Of a stretch of 55,864 nt of DNA, positions 1 through 8,788 are shown piece after piece. The notes beneath the pieces are model-generated. The model made no database searches, had not been told where the DNA came from, and worked only from the letters and a program-made list of their open reading frames with translations. Source of the DNA: a virus (lineage: Duplodnaviria > Caudoviricetes). A program made the translations under genes and the position numbers. The stretch lies in IMG/VR virus record IMGVR_UViG_3300019874_000057, positions 1 to 55,864 of that record; one strand, written 5' to 3'. The first letter of the stretch is position 1, and each line of letters opens with the position of its first letter.

Positions 1-306
1 CAGGGGATCGAGCTCAAGCTCATCGAGACGCTCAGGGCCTGGGATAGGCAGGAAGTTCTATGGCGCCTGAGGGCCACCAAGACCCTGGACTCCCAGCACG
101 AGGCGCATCCCCCCAAGTCACTGGGCTTGGCTGCTGATCTCTGCCCGGTGGAATACCTAGTGATGAAGGGGTGGAATGGCTCAGGGGTGCATTGGAAGGT
201 GATGGGGGAGGAGGCAGTGGGATTGGGACTGGGGTGGGGCGGGAGCTGGTCCAGTTTTACCGACAAGCCTCATGTCGAGCTCAAAGCCTGCGAGTGTGCG
301 CAGTGA
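1..306 (+). CDS. Endolysin, M15 family L-Ala-D-Glu peptidase (5' truncated; not in the ORF track)
   Basis: Manual frame-1 translation QGIELKLIETLRAWDRQEVL...TKTLDSQH...GLAADL...WGGSWSSFTDKPHVEL shows the SxH-x-D and WGG-x-W...D-x-P-H zinc peptidase motifs. TGA at 304-306. Confidence 0.85.
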   Translation, partial: QGIELKLIETLRAWDRQEVLWRLRATKTLDSQHEAHPPKSLGLAADLCPVEYLVMKGWNGSGVHWKVMGEEAVGLGLGWGGSWSSFTDKPHVELKACECAQ

Positions 307-545
307 TGGACCGCAGGAGCTTCCTCAAGTTACTTGGGCTCGCCGGGGCTGCAGTCGGTGTTGGTGCGGTATCACTCGAGGTGATGCCCAGTCCAGCAGT
401 CATGGAGGCTGCGGCTGAGATCGAGGGGATCTCGGTGGCTGAGTTTGATGCCCTGTGTCGGAAGTACATCACTCCTCAGATCATTGATGCGTACTTCAAG
501 GAGGACCCCCTGCACAAGATGCTGCGGAGGCAGAGTAGATCATGA
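306..545 (+). CDS. Twin-arginine (Tat) signal protein carrying an MCP N-terminus-like segment
   Basis: ATG overlaps the endolysin stop (TGATG). MDRRSFLK is followed by hydrophobic LLGLAGAAVGVGAV. The C-terminal half aligns with MCP residues 4-31. Confidence 0.85.
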   Translation: MDRRSFLKLLGLAGAAVGVGAVSLEVMPSPAVMEAAAEIEGISVAEFDALCRKYITPQIIDAYFKEDPLHKMLRRQSRS

Positions 546-847
546 ACAAGGTGATGGAAGCTGCGATCAAGGGGCATCGTAGGGCGGGGCACTCGAGGGT
601 GAGTCCTGGTCTCGAGGCGAAGGTAGGGGCTGATGGAGAGCTAGTTCACCCTGACAAGTTCCCCGAGGACAAGACTCCTACTGGCTATGAACCCCAGTCA
701 GAGATCCTACTCAGAGATGAGAAGACCAAGTACCAAGTGCAAGATGATGGAAGCTTCAGGCGGGTGGAGGATCAAGTACCAGGGGAGTTCACCAAGGTCC
801 TCAGGGATAGCATCGGCAGAAACAAGAAGAGGAGAAAGAATGGCTGA
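542..847 (+). CDS. Hypothetical protein
   Basis: ATGA overlap with the previous gene, 101 aa. Confidence 0.7.
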   Translation: MNKVMEAAIKGHRRAGHSRVSPGLEAKVGADGELVHPDKFPEDKTPTGYEPQSEILLRDEKTKYQVQDDGSFRRVEDQVPGEFTKVLRDSIGRNKKRRKNG

Positions 848-1049
848 GTCAGGTCGCACAGGCAACCCGATCATGGAGTTCTTCAAGTGGGAGCATCTCC
901 CAGTCAACCTGCAGCTCATCTCGCAGGATGCTTGTGAGTTGGCCAGGAAGATGGAGAGGGACCTCCCCGCATGTGCTGAGACTTCCGCAGGGCTCAGGAA
1001 GTTGCTTGAAGCCAAGGACTGCTTCGTCAGGGCAGCTCTTACTAAGTGA
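840..1049 (+). CDS. Small helical phage protein (FFxWxHLP...LRKLLEAKDCFVRAAL)
   Basis: AGGAG SD before ATG 840, 69 aa. The pattern is recalled from many phage genomes. Confidence 0.75.
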   Translation: MAESGRTGNPIMEFFKWEHLPVNLQLISQDACELARKMERDLPACAETSAGLRKLLEAKDCFVRAALTK

Positions 1050-1099
1050 AGTCTGCCAACCAGTGGTCATCTGAAGTAACCCTAGACAAGGAGATGCAC

Positions 1100-1297
1100 A
1101 TGAAGACACCCCCTACCAAAGCAGCCCTGGACAAGAAGTTCAAGTGCGCAGCTACAGTCACTATCCATGGTGCTGGTTCCATGACCCCCGCAGGCCGCAG
1201 GGAGATCGCAGCTTGGCTTCGGAGTCATGCTCAGTTCATCACCAAGGAAGGCAAGAACTACAGCAAGAGGTTCACCGGGAGATACCTGCATCCATGA
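1100..1297 (+). CDS. Hypothetical basic protein
   Basis: AAGGAG SD upstream of ATG 1100. Alternative GTG start at 1046. Confidence 0.65.
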   Translation: MKTPPTKAALDKKFKCAATVTIHGAGSMTPAGRREIAAWLRSHAQFITKEGKNYSKRFTGRYLHP

Positions 1298-1392
1298 GGT
1301 GGGTGTTGGCGGGGATAGTGGTAGCGCAGATGCATGGGGTGAAGGCTGCACTCGGAGCAACCTGGAGGGCGGCATGGCGAAGGGTGCTGTGA
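1294..1392 (+). CDS. Possible 32-aa hydrophobic/basic peptide
   Basis: ATGA coupling to the previous stop. MRWVLAGIVVAQMHGVKAALGATWRAAWRRVL. Confidence 0.35.
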   Translation: MRWVLAGIVVAQMHGVKAALGATWRAAWRRVL

Positions 1393-1682
1393 AGAGGGGG
1401 AAGGACCCCCTGGAGAAGATCGCTGATTCATTGGGGCTACTGGTGAAGCTCCAGTGCATGGCGAGGAATATCTCAGTGGGTGATCTCAGGGCAGCCAAGT
1501 TGATGGACGCTCAACCCGACACCGCACCTGTGGTGTTGAATCAATCTGCAGCAGAACTCGAGGCACTAGCCAAGGCACTCCCAGGATCTGCTGAGGAGCA
1601 TGATTACCTCCTGCAGGCCATGGGTGGGGCTAGTGAGAAGGCAAGAATGGACGCTCTGAAAGGTACTGGGAACAATGGGTGA
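1374..1682 (+). CDS. Hypothetical protein
   Basis: GGAGG SD before ATG 1374. Overlaps the start of the next gene. Confidence 0.65.
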   Translation: MAKGAVKRGKDPLEKIADSLGLLVKLQCMARNISVGDLRAAKLMDAQPDTAPVVLNQSAAELEALAKALPGSAEEHDYLLQAMGGASEKARMDALKGTGNNG

Positions 1683-2445
1683 AGGTGAAGGCCAGACCCT
1701 AGAGTCCAGGGCGATAGACAAGCTCGCTCATCAATATGGTGGGAAGAGTGGGCTCGCTGAGTTACTGCTGACTCAAGAAGCCCCTGCACCAGGGTCTCCA
1801 CTGGACAAGGTCTTGGCCCTCATCCTCGATCCAGTCAATGAGGGTAAATCCCTGGGGCTCTTGTGCAGGCAAGCGGGAGTCTCCATGAATACAGTAATGA
1901 AAGCCATCCAAGCAGGCCATGGTGCCAAGGCAATCGCAGACTCCATGAGAGCTGTGTATGGGAAGGTGGCTGAGGTAGCTGAGGATCTAGTGGCTAGGGC
2001 AGCTCCACAAGAGATCCCGTGTAGGCACTGCTCAGGAGTAGGGCAGATCCTAGTCAAGGGTGTCGATGAACCCAAGGAGTGCCCGTACTGCGCGGGCAAG
2101 GGGCGGTCCTATACCAAGCCTGACCTCGACCGGCAGAAGTTCGCATTGGAACTGGGCGGGGTCTACACCAAGAAGCACCAGGGTGGCGGGGTTAGGGTGA
2201 GTGTGCCGGTGAGTGTGAACCAGAAGATGAGTGTTCGCAGTGATGCGACCTCACTGTTTGACCTGGTGAAGGCAGCCTCCATGCGCACAGTCTATGGACT
2301 GGATGAGCGAGCATTGCCTGAAGGAAAGGCCAGGGAGTTAGCTGCCCCTAAATCTCCCGAGACAGTCATTGATGCTCAAGTAGTAGAGAAGTCCAAAGGT
2401 CCCATGCCTGCTATGGCTCGCCCAGCATGGAAGCGCCCTGAGTAA
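1675..2445 (+). CDS. Probable terminase small subunit with DnaJ-type zinc finger
   Basis: Directly upstream of TerL with TAATG coupling. HTH-like N-terminal half, plus CRHCSGVG and CPYCAGKG motifs. Confidence 0.55.
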   Translation: MGEGEGQTLESRAIDKLAHQYGGKSGLAELLLTQEAPAPGSPLDKVLALILDPVNEGKSLGLLCRQAGVSMNTVMKAIQAGHGAKAIADSMRAVYGKVAEVAEDLVARAAPQEIPCRHCSGVGQILVKGVDEPKECPYCAGKGRSYTKPDLDRQKFALELGGVYTKKHQGGGVRVSVPVSVNQKMSVRSDATSLFDLVKAASMRTVYGLDERALPEGKARELAAPKSPETVIDAQVVEKSKGPMPAMARPAWKRPE

Positions 2446-3725
2446 TGTTCCATCCTGACATCATCGAGGAGCAGCGGCTGAAGCTCGAGGTGGCGAATGC
2501 TGATGGCCTGGGCGGGGCTCAACTAGCACCACATTCACTGAGAGAAGTGGATGAATGGTGCTACAGGTTGGAAGGTGCAGTAGATGGCGAGGGGGCTATG
2601 ACTCGGTCCCTGGAGCCAGAAGAAATCAAGTTCATTCTCAATGAGCTGTTGATCTGCAGCATTGACTATAAATACTGGCTCCTTCACTACGGGCATATCA
2701 ATCAGGAAGGTGTAGGAGTCAAACGCATGGGTGCTCTCAAGTACACCCAGGAGCTCTTGCTGAGGAAGTGGGCCAAGATCGAGATGGACATTCACATGGG
2801 GGTGAGAGATGACGCTCTTCTCTCGAGTGTCCTCAAGGCCCGCCAGCACGGTGTCTCTACCCTAGCCGACACCAAGCTCGCCCACTCCATGACCTTCTTC
2901 CCTGACCTCAAGGGGATCATGGCCAGTGCCGCAGCAGACTCCACTGACCACCTCTGGGATATCTTCACCACTGCCCTCGACCGCCAGCCTTGGTGGATGA
3001 AGTGCGAGGTTGAGCAGCGGAACAACACCTTCCCCGAGAAGATCAAGTTGAGTAATGGGGCGCTGTTGGTATGCGCTGCGGGTAAGTCAGCATCAGGGCC
3101 AAGCAAGGAAGAAGCAGGCAGGAAGCGTGGGCAGATTGGTCGCGGGCGCACCACTGCCCTCTTGCACCTCAGTGAGATCTCATCCTGGGAGAACCCCAAG
3201 CAGATTGATAGTGCCTTGATGCCACAGGTGCCGAATAACCCATTGGTCTTCGGGGTATTTGAGTCGACTGCTCTAGGAGCCCATGCCTGGTGGCAGGAAC
3301 ACTGGAAGCTGTGTTTGGAGGGAGTAGAGAGGAATGTTCCGATCTTCCTGCCCTGGTACGCAGACCCAGTGAAGTACCGGCGTAGACCTCCTGAGGGTTG
3401 GCAGCCATCGCAGCAGTCAGTGACCTATGCCCATAGGATCAAGAGTTCTAGTGCCCGGTGGATGGATGGTGCTAGCTACTCCCTCAGCAAGGAACAACTG
3501 TACTGGTATGAGATCAATCGCAAGGCCTATGAGAGGAAGGATGCCCTCAGTTCATTCCTAGAGGAATTCCCCGCCGATGATGAAGAGGCCTTCCAGGAGA
3601 GCCAGCCGAGTGTGTTCTCAGCACTAGTCCAGCAGAGGATCCGTGATGGGATGCGACCTCTTGCACTCGTAGCTGAGATCGCCCCCATCGGTGATCTTCA
3701 GCAAACCATGCAGGACTTCGGGTAA
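2445..3725 (+). CDS. terL: Terminase large subunit, ATPase half
   Basis: Walker A-like LKARQHGVST, Walker B LLHLSE, coupling motif ESTA, and IFLPW...EEFP...EAF. Confidence 0.9.
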   Translation: MFHPDIIEEQRLKLEVANADGLGGAQLAPHSLREVDEWCYRLEGAVDGEGAMTRSLEPEEIKFILNELLICSIDYKYWLLHYGHINQEGVGVKRMGALKYTQELLLRKWAKIEMDIHMGVRDDALLSSVLKARQHGVSTLADTKLAHSMTFFPDLKGIMASAAADSTDHLWDIFTTALDRQPWWMKCEVEQRNNTFPEKIKLSNGALLVCAAGKSASGPSKEEAGRKRGQIGRGRTTALLHLSEISSWENPKQIDSALMPQVPNNPLVFGVFESTALGAHAWWQEHWKLCLEGVERNVPIFLPWYADPVKYRRRPPEGWQPSQQSVTYAHRIKSSSARWMDGASYSLSKEQLYWYEINRKAYERKDALSSFLEEFPADDEEAFQESQPSVFSALVQQRIRDGMRPLALVAEIAPIGDLQQTMQDFG

Positions 3726-4693
3726 TGGCCAACGTAACCCCAGGCTACGCCCTCCCAGGCAAGGATCTCAGGGCGATTCATGATCTACCCCTGAGCATCC
3801 CACCTGGGTCAGGGCTCAGGATCGTCACTGACTGGAAGAATCTTGAGTCCCTGTTTGGGTATCTCCTGGTTTGGGAGAGGCCCAGGAAGGATCAGTTGTA
3901 TGTACTCTCAGCGGATGTCTCAGGTGGTACAGGAAGAGATAGAACAGTGGCTGAGGTCACTCGGGTTGCTACTGAATTAGAGCCTGATGAGCAAGTTGCC
4001 CAGTGGGTCTCCCCCTTCATCGACCCCGTTGAGTTCGCCTCTGTGCTCTACGTCATGGGAGGGTTCTACTCAGGTGCCGATGGGCAGAAGGCGGTGTGTG
4101 CCATCGAGCTCGGGGGATATGGACTAGCCACGCAGTCAGAGCTCATCCGGCACTACGGCTATGACAATCTCTATGTCTGGCAGTATGAAGACAAGCTAGA
4201 CCCTGAGCGCAGGATGAGTAACTCAGTGGGCTGGGATACTAACCGCAGATCTCGCCCATTGATGCTTGCCAGGTACATCCGCAGGGTAAAGTCCATTGGC
4301 CCTGATGGTCTCCCAGATCTCTACAAGGTGAACTCTCCATTCACGCTCGATGAAATGAAGACCTTCAAGCGTCCAGAAGGGTATGAAGACGCTGATGCTG
4401 CTGCTGATGCTACAAACCCCCAGGCACACGATGACACCATCATCGCAGGGGCTATTGGGGTGTATGTAGCCCAAACCATGTACTTCGAGACCAACGAGCC
4501 CATGGATGCTAAGCGTCGGCGCCTGACCGAGGAGAAACTCCGCAAACAAGCCAAGGAAGCTGCTGCGGTTAGTGACATCAGCTACCATAACCAGGACTAC
4601 ACTCTCGATGAGATGGAGGAAGCATGGCTGGACAAGTCAAAGGGGCTGCTGGGGGTGGACGGGGAGCTGAGGCTCGGACAGGAAACAGGCTGA
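3725..4693 (+). CDS. terL: Terminase large subunit, RNase H-like nuclease half
   Basis: VWERP...YVLSADVSGG, AIELGG, GWDTN and HDDTIIA nuclease motifs. Confidence 0.88.
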   Translation: MANVTPGYALPGKDLRAIHDLPLSIPPGSGLRIVTDWKNLESLFGYLLVWERPRKDQLYVLSADVSGGTGRDRTVAEVTRVATELEPDEQVAQWVSPFIDPVEFASVLYVMGGFYSGADGQKAVCAIELGGYGLATQSELIRHYGYDNLYVWQYEDKLDPERRMSNSVGWDTNRRSRPLMLARYIRRVKSIGPDGLPDLYKVNSPFTLDEMKTFKRPEGYEDADAAADATNPQAHDDTIIAGAIGVYVAQTMYFETNEPMDAKRRRLTEEKLRKQAKEAAAVSDISYHNQDYTLDEMEEAWLDKSKGLLGVDGELRLGQETG

Positions 4694-5661
4694 CAGGTGC
4701 GGCGTGGCATGCAGCACGGGCAGCGAAGGCAAGTGGGCAGGCTCAAGCTCAGCCTCAATCAAGACCCTCTGCCCTCGCTCCTCCAGGTGAGTCCCAACCT
4801 GAGGGCTGGATTGTCGACCCTCCCGAGCCTGATGGCATTGGAGTTCCTGAAGCGGCTCCAGTTGCACCGGGGAAGATGGCGGAGATCAAAGAGCGGCTGG
4901 CACTTGGAAGAGTAGAGCATCAGACTTCAGGTGGGGCTGCTAGTCGAGGGGTGGCCAGGCGAGTAGACAAGGAACTCCGTGGGACTCTGGCTGCAGCGGT
5001 GGATGATGATGGTGACGGGGACGGGGATGACCCAGGCAATGACGCTGATCCAGACCAGGATGAACCTGGTGTGCTACAAGATCTCCCAGATGATGACCTG
5101 GGTCTCCCGGATGTGAGTGAGCTGGATGGCAGGGGTGGGAATGTGAGTAGGCCTAGGGCAGCACAGGCCATGCCCCCTGATCATCAGCCGAGACACGTGG
5201 AGAATGTCATTCGAGATCCCAGGCTAGCAGCCAAGGCCAAAGCCCAGCAGACTGAGTTGCAGAGAGTCACCCCAGACAAAAACCTCCGCAAGGGAGATGC
5301 TTGGGGTGGCGGGAGTAGTACCCCCGCAGCTCCTGAGCCCCGAGTCACTACTTCCACTCGAGGCTTAGTCATCGAAGACAAGCAGCGTCGGGCATTGGAG
5401 GTGTTGCTGGACTGCACCCTTGCAGATGCTGGTGACCTCCTCCGAGCCATCAACAAGATCTCCTTGGTGCAGGTGGGTGGGTTCACTGTAGAGCTCAATC
5501 AACCCGAGCGCGAGGAAATCGCTCGCAGGGCAGCATTCAACAACCGCTCCCCTGAACAAGAATGGGCAGCTTGTTTCGACTTCATCAAGCCCATGGTGTT
5601 CAACGCGATGGTAGTGATGGCTGGGGCAAGGGATCTCAATAGCGGAAAGCGGGAGGGCTAG
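4624..5661 (+). CDS. Hypothetical protein with low-complexity acidic centre
   Basis: GGAGG SD, 345 aa. Lies between terminase and portal. Confidence 0.7.
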   Translation: MAGQVKGAAGGGRGAEARTGNRLTGAAWHAARAAKASGQAQAQPQSRPSALAPPGESQPEGWIVDPPEPDGIGVPEAAPVAPGKMAEIKERLALGRVEHQTSGGAASRGVARRVDKELRGTLAAAVDDDGDGDGDDPGNDADPDQDEPGVLQDLPDDDLGLPDVSELDGRGGNVSRPRAAQAMPPDHQPRHVENVIRDPRLAAKAKAQQTELQRVTPDKNLRKGDAWGGGSSTPAAPEPRVTTSTRGLVIEDKQRRALEVLLDCTLADAGDLLRAINKISLVQVGGFTVELNQPEREEIARRAAFNNRSPEQEWAACFDFIKPMVFNAMVVMAGARDLNSGKREG

Positions 5662-6090
5662 TTGCCAATTCATGACTATGTCTGCCCGCAGTGTGGTCAC
5701 CAAGAGAAGAACTACTTCTTCTCCTCCACCCAAGGGATCCCATTGCCCACATGCCCTGAGCATGGTGTTGTGCTCGAGGTCGACTACTCCACCCCGCCTC
5801 TGAAGAACCTCACAGGCCGCCAGACCTTCGACCCTCTTGTAGTCACCGACTGGGAAAACAACGAGCGCACCATCAACTCAGTGCAGGAGGCCAGGAAGTT
5901 CGAGAAGGACTCCGCCGCTGCGGGGCATCCTCATGTGTTCCGCAACTTCTCCCAGGATCGCAGTAACAAGGATGTGGGAGTCTTCGGTCGCGGAGACCAC
6001 ATGAAGCCCATCCGCACTGTCTCCAAGCGTGGCATCCCCTTCATCACGCGCGGGCCTAACATCACAGTCAACGCCGAGGACATGGAGTAA
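5662..6090 (+). CDS. FmdB-like zinc-ribbon protein
   Basis: MPIHDYVCPQCGH...CPEHG. GGAGG SD with TTG start. Confidence 0.75.
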   Translation: MPIHDYVCPQCGHQEKNYFFSSTQGIPLPTCPEHGVVLEVDYSTPPLKNLTGRQTFDPLVVTDWENNERTINSVQEARKFEKDSAAAGHPHVFRNFSQDRSNKDVGVFGRGDHMKPIRTVSKRGIPFITRGPNITVNAEDME

Positions 6091-6093
6091 TAC

Positions 6094-8112
6094 ATGGCGA
6101 AGCGAGCTAAAGAACCACTACCGGGCTCTCTTCCCGCCGGGTCTCCAGTTCATGAAGAAGGTGAGTATTCGGTATCCCAGTTCAGGGCTGGGGATAGTAG
6201 GCTCCATGGCTACTGCCTTGAGATGCTCAACGAGGGCGAGAGGATCAACCGCTCTGACCCAGCCCATGCCAAAGCCGACACCATCATGCAGTACATCGCA
6301 GGGCAGCAGGATGTCTACAAGAACATCCCTGGGTATCTGAATCCAGTCACCGTGAACCAGATGCGGAAGTCATTTGGGTACCATGTGTCTGGCTTGACTG
6401 ACATCAAGCCCTTGTTCTCCATCAATACCCAGAACCCTGACTTTCAGTTGCAAGGTGGGCTGATCTCCAAGTATGTAGTCTCCTGGTGGGCACAGTCCCT
6501 CGCAGGTAGAGAACTAGGCCAAGCAGTGAGATATGCCCTCGCCTCAGGCTCTGGTGACCTTGTCTGCGAGTATGACCCTGGGTTCCTTGGCGGGGAAATG
6601 AGGATGTTCGCCCGTGATTGGCGGGATACGATGCCCATTTTCCCAGACCTGGAATACGACATCCAGACCTGGGAAGGTGTGGTGCTGAGGGAAGTTCACC
6701 CCATTGCCAGGTTGCTTGCGAAGTACCCTGGCCGGGAAGACATCATCCGCGAAGGTGGTGTGTGGACTGCGTTCTCGAGGAGGAGAGACCTATTCGTAGA
6801 CCGGGCCGCAGCCGAAGCCCAACTCCCTCTGGACCAGATCTCAGCTCAGTCTGGTGCGAAGCAAAAGCTCCAGCGCTACATGGGCTACTGCAACCTCTAC
6901 CGCAAGTTCATCCGAGACCGCTCAGTCAACAACACTACCAAGACCATCGGCATGGGGGATCCAACCAGCAACTACTTCTACCAAGTAGAGCCCGGGAAGC
7001 CCTTGTATCCCTATGGCAGGTGCATTGTCTTCACTGAGTACGGTGTCCTTGACGACGGCCCCAACCCCTACTGGCATGCGCAGTGGCCTGTGACTAGGTT
7101 GCAACTTTGCCCGCTGCCCTGGCTATTCGCTGGGCTTCCCTTGTGCAGTGACCTCAAGCCCGCGCAAGACGCCCTCAACAAGATCACCAACTTGATGATC
7201 CAGAACCTGACTCAGCATGTAGAAGTAGGCACCATCTGGGACGCCAATGCTCCAGCTTCTGCCATGGGGAGATTCGACCCTCGGCGCCCTTACTGGAAGC
7301 TCAAGAAGACTAACATGCAAAACCCACTGATGCAGATGGCTGAGGTTCCGACTCTTCCTGCATGGGCACCTGCCTTCCTCACCAACATGTTCCAGAAGTT
7401 CGATGACCTCAGTGGCATCGCAAACATGCAGGCATTGCTCTCCCTGCGCCAGATGCCAGGGTATGAAGTCATCGATAAATTGATGGAGTCCCTGACCCCA
7501 GAGATGCGCACCGAAGCCGAACAACTCACCTTCTGCTTGCGACAAGTCGCAGACTTCTTCATGCACAATCTCTTTCAATTCCAATCTCGTCAGAAAAGGG
7601 TGATGGTCCTGGGTGACGGTGGTGAAATGCTCGAGGACTTCGACTGGGATCCCAATACCATGGTCCCTGGGATGAAGCCTGGGGATCAGGGGTATGTGGA
7701 GCAGTTGGACGCCAAGCTCCCCAGGCAAGACCGAGCTCGATACTTCAAGAAGTTGTTCGGGTTCTATGTCAGCCCACAGAGCCTGATCTCCCTGTTGTCC
7801 ACAGGCAACCAGATGAAGTACCTGCAACTGGCCCGTCAAGGCTATGTCGACCCATGGACCCTGGCTGAAGTCTGGGGGATCCAGAACTTCGGTGCTCCTC
7901 CGAATATGCCTCTACCAGTGATGGACTGGAAGGGGCAAGGAGACCCGCCGCTGGAAGTCAGGAAGCCAGTGACGATTCTGGAGAGGCTGCTTGCGGCGCA
8001 GAATCTAGGGATAGGGCAAAGTGTGAGCCCAACCGGGCGCAAAGCTAGTGGTCAGCAAGCGCCTCATTTGGAGACAAAAGGGGATGGAAGACAGGTAGTC
8101 AGCGAGTCATAG
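6094..8112 (+). CDS. Portal protein
   Basis: 672 aa, positioned between terminase and scaffold/MCP. Portal-like DLKPAQDALNKITN and FDDLSGI segments. Confidence 0.82.
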   Translation: MAKRAKEPLPGSLPAGSPVHEEGEYSVSQFRAGDSRLHGYCLEMLNEGERINRSDPAHAKADTIMQYIAGQQDVYKNIPGYLNPVTVNQMRKSFGYHVSGLTDIKPLFSINTQNPDFQLQGGLISKYVVSWWAQSLAGRELGQAVRYALASGSGDLVCEYDPGFLGGEMRMFARDWRDTMPIFPDLEYDIQTWEGVVLREVHPIARLLAKYPGREDIIREGGVWTAFSRRRDLFVDRAAAEAQLPLDQISAQSGAKQKLQRYMGYCNLYRKFIRDRSVNNTTKTIGMGDPTSNYFYQVEPGKPLYPYGRCIVFTEYGVLDDGPNPYWHAQWPVTRLQLCPLPWLFAGLPLCSDLKPAQDALNKITNLMIQNLTQHVEVGTIWDANAPASAMGRFDPRRPYWKLKKTNMQNPLMQMAEVPTLPAWAPAFLTNMFQKFDDLSGIANMQALLSLRQMPGYEVIDKLMESLTPEMRTEAEQLTFCLRQVADFFMHNLFQFQSRQKRVMVLGDGGEMLEDFDWDPNTMVPGMKPGDQGYVEQLDAKLPRQDRARYFKKLFGFYVSPQSLISLLSTGNQMKYLQLARQGYVDPWTLAEVWGIQNFGAPPNMPLPVMDWKGQGDPPLEVRKPVTILERLLAAQNLGIGQSVSPTGRKASGQQAPHLETKGDGRQVVSES

Positions 8113-8616
8113 CACATGCTTCCAGGTGAGCCTTCGGAGAATGCTGAAGGCTGCATACTTGGTGATCCCGAACTTGCGCGCCAGAGCCTGGTGCGAGAGC
8201 TGACCCTCTAGACTTCTTAGCTCTCGCACCGTTTCCTCGGTCATTTTGGCTTTGTGGTTGTTCTCCCCACGGACATACTTCTCGCTCTCCCGCTTGCTGT
8301 AGTTCCATCTTCCTTTCCTGATTGCGTCCTGCACGTTGTCTGTTACGGTCCCAGCGAAGAGATGGTCAGGGCGTACGCACAAGGGAACATCACACTTGTG
8401 GCAGATGTGGATGTGGGATGGCTGCTTCCCGTGAAGCTGCTCGAAGATGAATCGTTGGGCAGGTACGCTGTGGCCATCGAACCAGAACCTTCCATATCCC
8501 TTGCGTGTGTCGGCTGTCCACAACCAGCAGCCCTCGGTCTTGTTGACGTACTTCCAGAACCTGGGGATGGGGTCTTCTAGTGGCTTCGGGGTTCTTACGT
8601 AGATTCCTGTTGGCAT
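8107..8616 (-). CDS. HNH homing endonuclease with C-terminal HTH
   Basis: RFWKYV..CWLW..GYGRF...CHKCDVPLCVRPDHL..GT..DNVQDAIRKGR, then GENNHKAKMTEE..IL. ATG 8616 preferred over TTG 8652. Confidence 0.92.
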   Translation of the reverse strand: MPTGIYVRTPKPLEDPIPRFWKYVNKTEGCWLWTADTRKGYGRFWFDGHSVPAQRFIFEQLHGKQPSHIHICHKCDVPLCVRPDHLFAGTVTDNVQDAIRKGRWNYSKRESEKYVRGENNHKAKMTEETVRELRSLEGQLSHQALARKFGITKYAAFSILRRLTWKHVL

Positions 8617-8663
8617 GTCGGTAGTATGAATGAACAAAGAGCCACTGGGCAAGAAGTTTCTGA

Positions 8664-8672
8664 TGCTACACT
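8664..8672 (+). promoter_or_regulatory. Candidate extended -10 promoter (TGnTACACT)
   Basis: TGCTACACT lies about 20 nt upstream of ATG 8692, divergent from the HNH gene. Confidence 0.4.
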
Positions 8673-8691
8673 TCCCTCATTAGGAGGTCTC

Positions 8692-8784
8692 ATGGCTTAC
8701 TCAGGTGTTGTAGACCGAATCATGAAGAAGGGTGGAGTCGTCAAGGGTGGGAAGTCGATGAAGTCTCAGAAAGGCAAGCGGTAA
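8692..8784 (+). CDS. 30-aa basic peptide with MKKGGVV motif (not in the ORF track)
   Basis: AGGAGG SD. MAYSGVVDRIMKKGGVVKGGKSMKSQKGKR. Confidence 0.7.
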   Translation: MAYSGVVDRIMKKGGVVKGGKSMKSQKGKR

Positions 8785-8788
8785 TCCC

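Noticed and set aside
171-305. Upstream extension of the Tat ORF given in the ORF track
   Set aside because: It overlaps the endolysin in another frame. ATG 306 places the RR motif at the N-terminus and gives TGATG coupling.
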